Shown here piece by piece: positions 45,494 to 55,143 of a stretch of DNA of 64,000 nucleotides. Source of the stretch: Candidatus Aenigmatarchaeota archaeon (GTDB taxonomy: Archaea; Aenigmatarchaeota; Aenigmatarchaeia; Aenigmatarchaeales; Aenigmatarchaeaceae); contig JAZDKZ010000007.1 of the NCBI GenBank assembly GCA_043802485.1, positions 50,457 through 114,456 on the forward strand, read 5' to 3'. Positions within the stretch are counted from its first letter, which is position 1; each line of letters opens with the position of its first letter. The notes beneath the pieces are model-generated. The model saw only the letters and a list, made by a program, of their open reading frames with translations. It had not been told where the DNA came from and made no database searches. The position numbers and the translations under genes were made by a program.

Positions 45494-45892
45494 ATGGCAC
45501 TAAAAGTTGACAAAAAATTTTCTTATTTGACTGACTTGACAGACCATAATGAGGAATTAGGTTTCTATAAAAAACTAACTTCTAAAATAGGTGGTATTTT
45601 CAAGAAAAAAACAAGAGATACTAGTTACCGAAAACACGTTTCTGATATAATTTCCAGCCCACCAAGACTTTACATATTATGGCGAATATGTGAAGGTAGT
45701 AAATCTGTCGGTGAAATAAAAAAGAGTATCCCTGAATCTGAGAGTTTAATAAGTAAAAGGTATTTCAAAAAACTAGAAGACGATGGATTAATAACTTTAG
45801 ATGAAAATGGTTATGCCCCGACAGAAATGGGACAGAAGGTAAACAAGGTACTTAGAAACATATCTGAAGCTTCAGATAAGGTCAAGTTCTGA
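45494..45892 (+). CDS. Small winged-helix protein (132 aa); possible detached DNA-binding partner of the upstream Orc1/Cdc6 module
   Basis: RLYILWRICEGSKSVGEIKKSIPESESLISKRYFKKLEDDGLITLDENGYAPT is a wHTH pattern. Confidence 0.35.
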   Translation: MALKVDKKFSYLTDLTDHNEELGFYKKLTSKIGGIFKKKTRDTSYRKHVSDIISSPPRLYILWRICEGSKSVGEIKKSIPESESLISKRYFKKLEDDGLITLDENGYAPTEMGQKVNKVLRNISEASDKVKF

Positions 45893-45932
45893 AAACAATT
45901 TAAATTTTAAATGTCAATTAATATCGGTTCTA

Positions 45933-46301
45933 ATGAGTTGCTATCCTGCATACATAGAGGCACCTGATGGTTATACCAAGCCTGTAGAAATCTGCACAAA
46001 CCAGAATCTCCCCAAAAAAATCAAGGGTAGAACCGATGGTTATCGGATTGAAATAAGTAAAGATCTCGACGATTTGTACGGCCTTGGAATTTCTGACCCA
46101 GAAACTTATGTCCTTATACACGAATGCTTCCACATAATACACCCTAAAAAAAACGAGTATGAAATCAGGATTTTATCGGACATCGAATATGAAATACAGA
46201 CGGGTGAAAGGGTAGACACGACATGCTATTTCAAGCATGAAGGTTCAAGCTCTTATTCCAATTTTTTGAAAGAAATAAAAAAGTCAGGGCGCTTTGATTG
46301 A
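45933..46301 (+). CDS. Small protein with HExxH motif (HECFHIIH), putative minimal zinc metallopeptidase
   Basis: Single HExxH in a 122-aa soluble protein. Confidence 0.3.
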   Translation: MSCYPAYIEAPDGYTKPVEICTNQNLPKKIKGRTDGYRIEISKDLDDLYGLGISDPETYVLIHECFHIIHPKKNEYEIRILSDIEYEIQTGERVDTTCYFKHEGSSSYSNFLKEIKKSGRFD

Positions 46302-46440
46302 TTTTAAATATTTTCTGCTCTAATTAGTATTAAGGCGATTTGATGGACTGGGATTCACTCCAATTTATTTAGAAGTTTTGTCTAGTTCTAAGAATATTAA
46401 TAAAGATAAGGAGAGTTATCTATATTTTAAGAGTGATTAA

Positions 46441-47544
46441 ATGGCTGAAAGAATAGACCCCTGGGGCTCGGTCCTGATAGAGGACTACAGCAAGATCATA
46501 GAGAACTATGGTATGGAGAGCTTTGACGAGAAGATTCTCAAAAAGCTGCCAAAACCCAACAGGCTCATGAGAAGGTTTGTGGTGTTCGGTCACCAGAATC
46601 TGGAGAGAATTGTTGACGCCATAGTCAACAAGAAGGAGTTTGCCATACTCACGGGTATAATGCCCTCTTCTGAAAAGCTGCACTTAGGCAACAAGATGGT
46701 GATAGAGATGGTAAAGTACTTCCAGGAACATGGAGGCAAGGCCTTTGTTCTGGTAGCTGACCTCGAATCCCTAGCAACCAGAGACATATCTTTGGAAGAT
46801 GCTGAGAAAAGGGCTCTGAGCTTCCACATCCCTGCTTACATAGCATTGGGGCTGGATCCGAAGAAGACGGTGTTCTACTTCCAATCAAAGAACAAAAGAG
46901 TGAGGGACATGTCTGTAGAGTTGTCACCAAGGCTTACGATAAACGAGTACAGAGCTTTGTACGGAGAGCCTAGCGCGCCGAAGATAATCTCTTCACTGAC
47001 GCAGATATCGGACATTCTCTTTCCACAGTTTGACAAGGTCAAACCGGTAGTCGTACCGGTCGGTCCTGACCAGTCACCACACCTTAGGGCGACCAGGGAC
47101 GTGGTAAGAAGATACAAGAAGGTAAATTTCATACCGCCTTCAGCAACATATCACAAGTTCACACCCAGCCTTGATGGCAGCATGAAAATGAGCAAGAGCA
47201 ATCCCAAGAGCTTCATATCAATACCAGAGGACCCGAGCAAAGTGGGGAAGAAGCTGATGAGCGCAAAGACAGGCGGCTGTGAGACTATCGAGGAACAAAA
47301 AAAGAAGGGTGGTAAGCCTGATGAGTGCATAGTCTTTGAGATGTTCAAACAGCACCTGATAGAGGATGACAACGAACTGAATGATATTTACAAAAGCTGC
47401 AAAGGCGGCAAGATAATGTGCGGCGAATGCAAGAAGAAGGCGGCAGACCTTATGAAAAAATTCATGGAGGACTTTATACAGAAATTCGACAAGGCGAAGA
47501 AGAACGTTGACAAACTGAACATACTGAAATTCGAGTGTGAATAA
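46441..47544 (+). CDS. trpS: Tryptophanyl-tRNA synthetase (archaeal type); TyrRS less likely
   Basis: Class I HIGH-type motif (KLHLGN) and KMSKS. N-terminal DPWGSVLIEDYSKIIENYG matches the TrpRS (V)TPW..DY.KLI..FG signature. Confidence 0.7.
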   Translation: MAERIDPWGSVLIEDYSKIIENYGMESFDEKILKKLPKPNRLMRRFVVFGHQNLERIVDAIVNKKEFAILTGIMPSSEKLHLGNKMVIEMVKYFQEHGGKAFVLVADLESLATRDISLEDAEKRALSFHIPAYIALGLDPKKTVFYFQSKNKRVRDMSVELSPRLTINEYRALYGEPSAPKIISSLTQISDILFPQFDKVKPVVVPVGPDQSPHLRATRDVVRRYKKVNFIPPSATYHKFTPSLDGSMKMSKSNPKSFISIPEDPSKVGKKLMSAKTGGCETIEEQKKKGGKPDECIVFEMFKQHLIEDDNELNDIYKSCKGGKIMCGECKKKAADLMKKFMEDFIQKFDKAKKNVDKLNILKFECE

Positions 47545-48862
47545 AATGTACAAGCTTACAGAAGAGGGAAAGGACTATCTGAAGAACGGCCTGCCTGAAA
47601 AGCAGCTGCTGAATTTCATAGGCAATGAAAAGCCTATGCAGGATGTCGTAAATTTTTCCAATTCCAAAATAGCCATAGGCTGGGCAAGGAAGAGCGGCTG
47701 GATAAATATCGAGAACGGAATGGTTTCCCTGACAGATTCTGGAAAAAGGGCAAAGAACGACAAGAGCAAAACCGAAGCCGCCTTGGAGATAGTCGACAAA
47801 AAAGGAGAGGACGAACAGGAAATTATCAAGATTCTTCTGAGCAGAAATTTGATAGTCGAGACAAAGCAAGTTGTGGTGAAGCATATCAAGAAAAAAAGGT
47901 GCTCATTCTTCAAGAAGCTTTTCAAGAAGAAGGAAAAGAAAGAGGAAGCAAAAGAAGAGGTAAAAGAGATTGCCCAGCTGACACCGGACATGCTAAAAAC
48001 CGGCACATGGAAGAACGCCAACTTTAGAAGGTACGACGTCAATGCACCAGCGCCAAAGTTGTACGGCGGCAAGAAGCAACCTTGCGTTCAATTCCTGGAG
48101 GACATAAGAGAGAAATTAATAGGTATGGGTTTTCAGGAGATGCAAGGGCCCATGGTAGAGACCTTGTTCTGGAACTCTGACGCTCTGTTCATGCCGCAGG
48201 ACCATCCTGCCAGAGGCATCCATGACGTATTCTACTTGAAGAATCCGTCTACTGGAGATTTGCCAGACGAGAATTTAGTTGCTAAAGTAAAGGCTACTCA
48301 TGAGGGCGGCTGGATAACAGACAGCACCGGCTGGGGAGGGACATGGAACAAGGAAGACGCTAGAAAACTTATACTGAGGTCACAGACAACAGCCGTATCC
48401 GCCAGAACCCTTTTTGAAGTGGGCGACAAGCCAGGAAAATACTTCACAATAGACAGGAACTTTAGACCTGATGCTATAGATGTGCATCATTTGATGGAAT
48501 TCGCCCACTGCGAAGGCATAGTGGTAGGTGAGAACCTAACTTTCAGCCATCTGTTAGGATTCTTGAAAGAGATTGCAGAGACAGTGGGGGTCGAACACGT
48601 CAAATACAAACCAGGATTCTTCCCGTTCACCGAGCCCTCTGTAGAGCTGTTCGGCAAAGTTGAAGGCAAGTGGCTCGAGCTGGGCGGGGCCGGTATGTTC
48701 AGACCAGAAGTGCTAAAGCCGCTGGGCATCAACAACTCACAAGTTTTGGCATGGGGCCTTGGCATCGCAAGGCTGGCTATGATCAAGCTGGGCATCAATG
48801 ATATTAGGATGCTCTATTCAGACGATTTGGAATTCTTAAGGAACGTTCCGATGGTGAGATGA
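47537..48862 (+). CDS. pheS: Phenylalanyl-tRNA synthetase alpha subunit
   Basis: Class II motifs: HPARGIHDVFYL (motif 1 region), FRPD..D..H...EF.Q.EG (motif 2), GLGIARLAM (motif 3). Confidence 0.85.
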   Translation: MNKMYKLTEEGKDYLKNGLPEKQLLNFIGNEKPMQDVVNFSNSKIAIGWARKSGWINIENGMVSLTDSGKRAKNDKSKTEAALEIVDKKGEDEQEIIKILLSRNLIVETKQVVVKHIKKKRCSFFKKLFKKKEKKEEAKEEVKEIAQLTPDMLKTGTWKNANFRRYDVNAPAPKLYGGKKQPCVQFLEDIREKLIGMGFQEMQGPMVETLFWNSDALFMPQDHPARGIHDVFYLKNPSTGDLPDENLVAKVKATHEGGWITDSTGWGGTWNKEDARKLILRSQTTAVSARTLFEVGDKPGKYFTIDRNFRPDAIDVHHLMEFAHCEGIVVGENLTFSHLLGFLKEIAETVGVEHVKYKPGFFPFTEPSVELFGKVEGKWLELGGAGMFRPEVLKPLGINNSQVLAWGLGIARLAMIKLGINDIRMLYSDDLEFLRNVPMVR

Positions 48863-48863
48863 T

Positions 48864-50468
48864 ATGGTTGTAATAGAGATAAGCAAAAACGACTTGTTGA
48901 ACCTGGTCGGCAAGGACTTGCCGGACGAGGAGTTAGAAGAATTGTTATTCTTGATAAAGCTGGAGCCCGAGTTCGACGGGGACACCATCAAATGCGAGAT
49001 GCATGCTGACAGGCCGGACATGTTCTCTGTCGAGGGAGTGGCAAGGGAATTGAAAGGTTTCCTCGGCCTTGAGACAGGAATAAAAAAGTACGACATAACT
49101 GATTCCAAAATAGTTGTCAGTCTGAAGGACCCGCAGGTCAGGCCATACATAGCATGCGCTGTTGTCAAGGATATTATACTATCGGATGAACTGGTAAAGA
49201 GCCTCATGCAGATACAGGAGAAGCTGCACGACACCCTGGGCAGGGGAAGGGAGAAGGTAGCCATAGGCGTTCATGATTTCGAGAAGGTTGTTCCGCCGCT
49301 AAAGTACATGGACGTAGAGAACGAGACCTTCATACCGTTGGGCGGAACGCAGGAGATGGACGTGGACCAGATACTGACGCAGCATCCAAAGGGCATAGGC
49401 TATGCTCATCTTGTAGGGAAGATGCGGCCCATGCTTTATGACAAGGAAGGCGTGATAAGCTTCCCGCCGATAATCAACTCGGAAAGGACCAGAGTGACAG
49501 TCGCGACAAGCAGCCTTTTCATAGACGTTACAGGAACCGACGAGAAGGCAGTGAACGAGGCTATGAACATAATGGTCTGCAACATTGTTGAAAGAGGCGG
49601 GAAGATAGAAACGGTCAATATCGGAAGGAAGAGGACACCTGACCTGGCGCCCAGAGATTTTATGGCAGAGGTCGAGAACATTGACAAAGTATTGGGCCTG
49701 GGCCTGTCAGAAAAGGACATTGCAGAAATACTGGAAAGGATGAGATACAGCATCACCAATCAGAGAGGCGGGAAGATGAAGATAGCGATACCTCCCTACA
49801 GGACATCCATACTGCACCTGGTCGACATAATAGAGGACGTTGCCATAGGCTACGGCTACAACAACATCCATCCCATACTTCCAAAATTGCCCTCAATCGG
49901 AAACCAGAGCGTCTTGACAAAGTTGACTTCAAAGACAAGAGACCTGATGATAGGGCTGGGCTTCCAAGAGATACTGAACTTTGTCCTGACCAACAAGGAG
50001 AACAACTTTAACAGGATGCTGACTAACGGCGAAGCTGCGGAGATTGCCAACCCCTTATCTAGCGAGTATACGATATGCAGGACTTGGCTTTCACCCTCGT
50101 TGATCAAGAACCTTTCATCAAACATGCACAGGGAATACCCACAGAGGCTTTTCGAGATAGGCAACTGCGTGCTTCTGGATGAGACGCAGGAAACCAAGGT
50201 AAGGATTGTCAAAAAGCTGTGCGGCGTTGTGTCTCATGATGCCGCCAATCTGACAGAGATGAAGTCTGTAGTTGATTCAATCGTGAATTATCTCGGTTAT
50301 GATTATCAGATAAGAGAATCCCAGCACCCGAGCTTTATTGACTCAAGAGTAGGGGAAATAGTGATGGATGACAAACCAATAGGCTTCTTCGGCGAAATAT
50401 GCCCGCAGGTATTGGAGAACTGGAAGCTGGAAAAGCCTGTGATAGCTTTCGAGATAGAACTAGTCTAA
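48864..50468 (+). CDS. pheT: Phenylalanyl-tRNA synthetase beta subunit (archaeal form)
   Basis: B3/B4 and B5 domains; follows pheS with a 1-nt gap; 534 aa. Confidence 0.8.
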   Translation: MVVIEISKNDLLNLVGKDLPDEELEELLFLIKLEPEFDGDTIKCEMHADRPDMFSVEGVARELKGFLGLETGIKKYDITDSKIVVSLKDPQVRPYIACAVVKDIILSDELVKSLMQIQEKLHDTLGRGREKVAIGVHDFEKVVPPLKYMDVENETFIPLGGTQEMDVDQILTQHPKGIGYAHLVGKMRPMLYDKEGVISFPPIINSERTRVTVATSSLFIDVTGTDEKAVNEAMNIMVCNIVERGGKIETVNIGRKRTPDLAPRDFMAEVENIDKVLGLGLSEKDIAEILERMRYSITNQRGGKMKIAIPPYRTSILHLVDIIEDVAIGYGYNNIHPILPKLPSIGNQSVLTKLTSKTRDLMIGLGFQEILNFVLTNKENNFNRMLTNGEAAEIANPLSSEYTICRTWLSPSLIKNLSSNMHREYPQRLFEIGNCVLLDETQETKVRIVKKLCGVVSHDAANLTEMKSVVDSIVNYLGYDYQIRESQHPSFIDSRVGEIVMDDKPIGFFGEICPQVLENWKLEKPVIAFEIELV

Positions 50469-51224
50469 CCAAAAGAAGAGCCTTTCCCACCAAGCCCTTT
50501 TCTCGATCTTTCTCCACGGCTCGCCGATTATCTTAAGGGCTAGCTTCTGGAACTCGACAGACGACTTGCTCTTGGGCTTGTGATGAACTACAGGAATCTT
50601 CCTTGCAATGGATTTCGGAACTGAGATATCCTCCGGGATAAGGGATATTATGGGAACCTCCAGCATAGAGCGTATCTCGTCAATGGACATCTCGTGTTTC
50701 AAGCCGCGCACTCGGTTTACCACAACTCCCATAATTTTCTTGCCGTTCCTCTGGGCAACCCTTATGGTCTTCAAGGCATCAGTAACAGCAGGCAGGTCCG
50801 GATTAGTAACTATCAGCAGTTCGTCCGCAACGTTCATGGCAGCCATTGCCTCCTTTCCCAAGCCGGCGGCAGAATCGACTATTATTATGTCGGTGCTGTT
50901 CAATAGGCCTGACATAGCCTCCTCCATCCTGTCCAGATCAACCCCTTCCAAAGATTCTATGGACAGGGAAGCTGGTATCACCTTCAGGCCAGAATGATGA
51001 TTGTATATAGCAGACTCTATGGGCATGTCGTTCCTAAGGGCGTCATGCAGCGTTACAGGATAGAAAGGTATGCCCAAATGAAGGCTCAGGTTGGGTGTTG
51101 TGAGATTGCCGTCTATTATGACAACGTTCTTACCGTGCTTTGTCAGAGCTGAGCCCAAATTCGACACAACGGTCGTCTTGCCGACGCCGCCCTTGCCGGA
51201 TATGACAGATATTATTTTAGACAT
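50460..51224 (-). CDS. minD: MinD/ParA-family ATPase (archaeal MinD-like)
   Basis: Deviant Walker A ISVISGKGGVGKTT; 254 aa. Confidence 0.8.
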   Translation of the reverse strand: MSKIISVISGKGGVGKTTVVSNLGSALTKHGKNVVIIDGNLTTPNLSLHLGIPFYPVTLHDALRNDMPIESAIYNHHSGLKVIPASLSIESLEGVDLDRMEEAMSGLLNSTDIIIVDSAAGLGKEAMAAMNVADELLIVTNPDLPAVTDALKTIRVAQRNGKKIMGVVVNRVRGLKHEMSIDEIRSMLEVPIISLIPEDISVPKSIARKIPVVHHKPKSKSSVEFQKLALKIIGEPWRKIEKRAWWERLFFWLD

Positions 51225-51295
51225 GTTATAGAGTTTATTTTGATTATTGCAGATAAAAAGTTTGCTATTTAAGATTTTGAAAACAATTAATTATT

Positions 51296-51484
51296 ATGGC
51301 ACTAGGAGACATATTGGGTTTGTTCTTACTTTCGCAGGAGGCGAGGCAGCTATCGTCTGCTTTCGGAGTGATGAGCATAATCTTCGGGCTGGTGATTCTA
51401 TGGAAGCCGAACATCATATCATACCTGATAGCATTGTATCTGATACTGACAGGTCTGATGGCAATCGCTGGCGGTATGATATAG
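51296..51484 (+). CDS. Small two-TM membrane protein (62 aa, DUF3096-like)
   Basis: Two hydrophobic helices; the overlapping 51247..51555 ORF looks spurious. Confidence 0.3.
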   Translation: MALGDILGLFLLSQEARQLSSAFGVMSIIFGLVILWKPNIISYLIALYLILTGLMAIAGGMI

Positions 51485-51492
51485 AAATAAAA

Positions 51493-51600
51493 CGCTTCCG
51501 ACGGGATTTGAACCCGCGACCCCTTGATTTCTTCATCTTGAATCAGATCTTCTAAGTTATTTAGAAGTCAAGTGCTCTATCCAAACTGAGCTACGGAAGC
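51493..51600 (-). tRNA. tRNA-Arg(UCU) with a 33-nt canonical intron (about 51529..51561)
   Basis: Reverse complement: GCTTCCG-TA-GCTC-AGTTTGGATA-GAGC-A-CTTGA-CTTCTA-[33 nt]-A-TCAAG-GGGTC-GCGGG-TTCAAAT-CCCGT-CGGAAGC-G. The intron contains a second copy of TCAAG, so an alternative two-intron parse exists. Confidence 0.6.
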
Positions 51601-51657
51601 ATATTGATTTAATTTATTTATACAATTTAAATATATACTGATTAGAAAGGTTGAAAT

Positions 51658-54252
51658 ATGGCAGACATAGAGGAAAAGTGGCAGAAAAGGTGGCAGGAAG
51701 CCAAGCTCTTCGAGGCAAAGGAAGGCAAGGAGAAGAAGTACTATGTTCTCGAGATGTTCCCATATCCTTCAGGAATTACAGGGCATATGGGGCATGTGAG
51801 GAACTATATGATAGGGGACAGCTTCACCAGGTTCATGAGGATGATGGGCTACAACGTCCTTTACCCGATGGGTTGGGACGCGTTCGGTCTTCCGACAGAG
51901 AACGCCGCCATAAAGAAAGGCGTGCATCCTGTAGAGAGCATGGCAGAAAACATAAAAAACTTTAAAGAGCAGCTGAACCAGCTGTCGATAAGCTACGACT
52001 GGTCAAGGGAATTGACTACATGCGATCCTGAATATTACAAGTGGAACCAGTGGCTATTCCTGAAGCTCTTGGAAAAGGGATTGACCTACAAGAGCTTTGC
52101 TTTGGGCAACTGGTGCCCGGCCTGCAAGACTGTCTTAGCTAATGAAGATGTCAAGGAAGGCAGATGCGACAGGTGCGAAACAGAGGTCACGCAGAAAGAG
52201 ATCAACCAGTGGTTCTTCAAGATTACGGATTATGCTGACAGGCTTTTGGATGACCTAGACAAGATTGACTGGTCAGAAAGGTTGAAGGCTATACAGAGAA
52301 ACTGGATAGGCAAGAGCCATGGCATCAATTATATTTTCAAAATTAAAGACAGCGAAAAGGAGATAAAGACCTTTACCACCAGACCCGACACTTTTTTCGG
52401 CATAACCTTCATGGTAATCGCCCCTGAACATCCGATGGTCAACGAATTGATGGAAGAGGCTGAAAACAGAAAGGAAATCAAAAAGTTCGTGAAAGAGGCA
52501 AAGAAGCTTTCAGAATTGGAAAGAACCATACTCACAAAGGAGAAGAAGGGTATTTTCACAGGCAAGTATGTCATCAATCCTGTGACAAAAAAAGAGATAC
52601 CCATATGGCTTGCAAACTATGTTGTAGGAACCTACGGGACAGGGGTTGTGATAGGCGTTCCCACCCAGGACCAGAGAGACTTTGAGTTCGCCAAAAAATA
52701 TGGCATACCCTTGAAGCTTGTGATAAATCCTCCGGGCAAGGAGCTGAAGGAAAAAGAAATGCAGGAAGCTTACACAGAAGAGGGTGTCATGATAAACTCA
52801 GACAAGTTCGACGGCATGAAAAGTTCTGAAGCCATGAAAGCGATAGCCGACTTTCTGGTTGAGAAGGGCCATGCAGAAAGGACTATCAACTATAAGATAA
52901 GGGACTGGTGCATATCAAGGCAGAGATATTGGGGAACGCCGATACCGGTTGTATATTGTGATAAATGCGGAATCGTTCCTGTCCCTGAAAAGGACCTGCC
53001 TGTGGAGCTTCCCCTGGATGTGGAGTTCGGCAAGGAGGGCGCCCCACCGCTGGCAACGAATGAAGGTTTTGTGAACACCAAGTGCCCCAAGTGCGGTGGA
53101 CCTGGCAAAAGGGAGACCGACACAATGACCACTTTCGTTGATTCTTCTTGGTACTATCTGCGCTATACTTCTCCTAAATATGACAAGGCTATGTTTGACA
53201 AGGAAAAAGTTAACTACTGGATGCCTGTTGACCAGTACATCGGAGGGTCCGAGCATGCTGTAGGCCATCTGATGTATTCTAGGTTCATAACAAAGTTCCT
53301 GAAGGACATTGGCTATCTTAACTTTGACGAGCCTTTCATGAAGCTGATGAACCAGGGAATGGTCAACAAGAACGGAGTGAAGATGAGCAAGTCAAAGGGC
53401 AACGTTGTCGACCCAAGGGACGTTATCAAGGAGCACGGCGTTGACACTCTGAGAACGTACATGCTTTTCATGGCCCATCCGACAAAGGAAGTGGAATGGT
53501 CTGACAAGGAAATTGGAGGGGTCGGCAAGTTCCTGGAAAGGGTGATAAGGATGAGAGCGTCTATGAAAAAGGAAAAGAACAAATACATAGAAAGCGTGAC
53601 CCAGAGAAAAATAGAGTCTGTGACAAATTCGATAAAGAAGCTTGAGCCTAATGTCGCCATCATAGAACTGATGGACTTTGCCAACAAGCTTTCAAAGCAT
53701 CCTTCTTTGGAGTGTTATAAGATATTTTTGAAGATGCTCACGCCTTTTGCGCCTCATACCACAGAGGAGATATGGGAAAAACTCGAAGAAAAGGAAATGA
53801 TATCTGTGCAAAAATGGCCAGAGCCTGACGAGTCCAAGATAAATCTGAAAGAGGAAGCAGGCGAGGAACTTATAAGCCAGATTATAAAAGACGTGGGGGA
53901 GATTCAGAAACTATCCAAAATAGCTTCCCCGAAGAAAATAACTATATTTGTCTCGCCTTCCTGGAAAAGCGATGTCTATGACAATGTGCTTCAGGAAAAG
54001 GACCTGAAAGAATTCATCAAGGATTTCAAGGGCAAGGAGAAGGAAGTTGCTGACTATTACAAAAAGCTGGTAAAGAAAAGACCTACAGAAGAAAAGTTCC
54101 TGAAAGGACATGAGATAAAGCATCTGGAAAATAACAGGGATATTCTGGAAAAAGAATTCGGCTGCGAGATAGAGATTGTTCCAGCAGAGAAAGAAAAGCA
54201 TCCCAAGGCGAAGATAGCAGAACCTGAGAAACCCGGTTTATTGGTTGACTAA
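51658..54252 (+). CDS. leuS: Leucyl-tRNA synthetase (archaeal type)
   Basis: HMGH (HIGH variant) in FPYPSGITGHMGHVRNYMIGD, CP1 editing domain, KMSKS (VKMSKSKGN); 864 aa. Confidence 0.9.
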   Translation: MADIEEKWQKRWQEAKLFEAKEGKEKKYYVLEMFPYPSGITGHMGHVRNYMIGDSFTRFMRMMGYNVLYPMGWDAFGLPTENAAIKKGVHPVESMAENIKNFKEQLNQLSISYDWSRELTTCDPEYYKWNQWLFLKLLEKGLTYKSFALGNWCPACKTVLANEDVKEGRCDRCETEVTQKEINQWFFKITDYADRLLDDLDKIDWSERLKAIQRNWIGKSHGINYIFKIKDSEKEIKTFTTRPDTFFGITFMVIAPEHPMVNELMEEAENRKEIKKFVKEAKKLSELERTILTKEKKGIFTGKYVINPVTKKEIPIWLANYVVGTYGTGVVIGVPTQDQRDFEFAKKYGIPLKLVINPPGKELKEKEMQEAYTEEGVMINSDKFDGMKSSEAMKAIADFLVEKGHAERTINYKIRDWCISRQRYWGTPIPVVYCDKCGIVPVPEKDLPVELPLDVEFGKEGAPPLATNEGFVNTKCPKCGGPGKRETDTMTTFVDSSWYYLRYTSPKYDKAMFDKEKVNYWMPVDQYIGGSEHAVGHLMYSRFITKFLKDIGYLNFDEPFMKLMNQGMVNKNGVKMSKSKGNVVDPRDVIKEHGVDTLRTYMLFMAHPTKEVEWSDKEIGGVGKFLERVIRMRASMKKEKNKYIESVTQRKIESVTNSIKKLEPNVAIIELMDFANKLSKHPSLECYKIFLKMLTPFAPHTTEEIWEKLEEKEMISVQKWPEPDESKINLKEEAGEELISQIIKDVGEIQKLSKIASPKKITIFVSPSWKSDVYDNVLQEKDLKEFIKDFKGKEKEVADYYKKLVKKRPTEEKFLKGHEIKHLENNRDILEKEFGCEIEIVPAEKEKHPKAKIAEPEKPGLLVD

Positions 54253-54615
54253 TCTTCTATAGTCATTGAAAACTTTTTCTACAGTTCTTTTCGTGACATA
54301 GGGTCTGTGGTTCCTAAAGCCGCCGCCGAAGCATTTGGGTATGTGCATCAACTCATGTATTATTGTCTTGGTCTTCTCGTCATTGTCCAGCTTGTCAAAG
54401 TTCTCGGAGATGAACTCGATGGCATAGAAAGCCTTGGTCTGCATGGCCTTTTGCATTATCTTTGAAAGGCCCTGTATCCTGGCAAGTATCCTCTTGCTCT
54501 TCGATCCCCTGCTCCTTATGCACACGACCCTGTCGGCCCTGACGTGGCACATTTCCAATCTTTCGACAACGTCGTCCATTATTTCCTGTATGTCATCGGC
54601 TATCTCGTACTTCAT
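54238..54615 (-). CDS. YgjP/DUF45-like metal-dependent hydrolase (HExxH...NH motif)
   Basis: IIHELMHIPKCFGGGFRNH matches the WLM/YgjP-type HELxHxxxxxH zinc site. Confidence 0.45.
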   Translation of the reverse strand: MKYEIADDIQEIMDDVVERLEMCHVRADRVVCIRSRGSKSKRILARIQGLSKIMQKAMQTKAFYAIEFISENFDKLDNDEKTKTIIHELMHIPKCFGGGFRNHRPYVTKRTVEKVFNDYRRLVNQ

Positions 54616-54700
54616 AATTATCTATGATTGCCCGGATTATTAATTGCTTTCACCTTGCGTGGTGAGATAGAACAATAAGCATTGTTGGACATTTCATTTT

Positions 54701-55135
54701 ATGAACAAATCAGTCAAGGTGTTCTTCATAATTCTCGCCATAGCCTTTGTTACCACCAATTATATGGAGCAATATAAGGAGCAGCGCGTCACCGACATCA
54801 TAGACGGGGACACGATAAAGATCGGCTACAACTCGATAAGGCTCATAGGCATCGATGCTCCTGAAACGAATGAACAATGCTACGAAGAAGCGAAGGAAAT
54901 GTTGGAAGATTTGGTGAAGCATGAACTTGTAAGGCTTGAGAAAGATACCAAAGACAAAGACGATTACGGAAGATTGTTGAGGTATGTCTATGTTAACGAC
55001 ATACTTGTCAATAAAGAGATGGTTAGATTGGGTTTGGCAAAGTTCAATGAGATGCAACCTAACACAAAATATTCTGAAATTATTTTGGAAGCTGAGAACA
55101 ACGCGAAGAATGCTGGAAGATGTTTGTGGGAATAA
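54701..55135 (+). CDS. Thermonuclease (staphylococcal-nuclease-like, SNc domain) with N-terminal signal/anchor
   Basis: VTDIIDGDTIKI...IRLIGIDAPE...GRLLRYVYV plus conserved Arg/Glu catalytic residues of SNase. Confidence 0.75.
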   Translation: MNKSVKVFFIILAIAFVTTNYMEQYKEQRVTDIIDGDTIKIGYNSIRLIGIDAPETNEQCYEEAKEMLEDLVKHELVRLEKDTKDKDDYGRLLRYVYVNDILVNKEMVRLGLAKFNEMQPNTKYSEIILEAENNAKNAGRCLWE

Positions 55136-55143
55136 TTAATCCA

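Noticed and set aside
51541-51580. Two-intron parse of tRNA-Arg (second intron in the variable loop) suggested by the TCAAG direct repeat
   Set aside because: A single 33-nt intron at 37/38 explains the sequence with a normal 5-nt variable loop. I kept the simpler model but flagged the ambiguity.
51247-51965. ORFs 51247..51555 and 51651..51965
   Set aside because: The first overlaps tRNA-Arg antisense and a better small membrane ORF. The second is an Arg/Gly-rich out-of-frame shadow of leuS.
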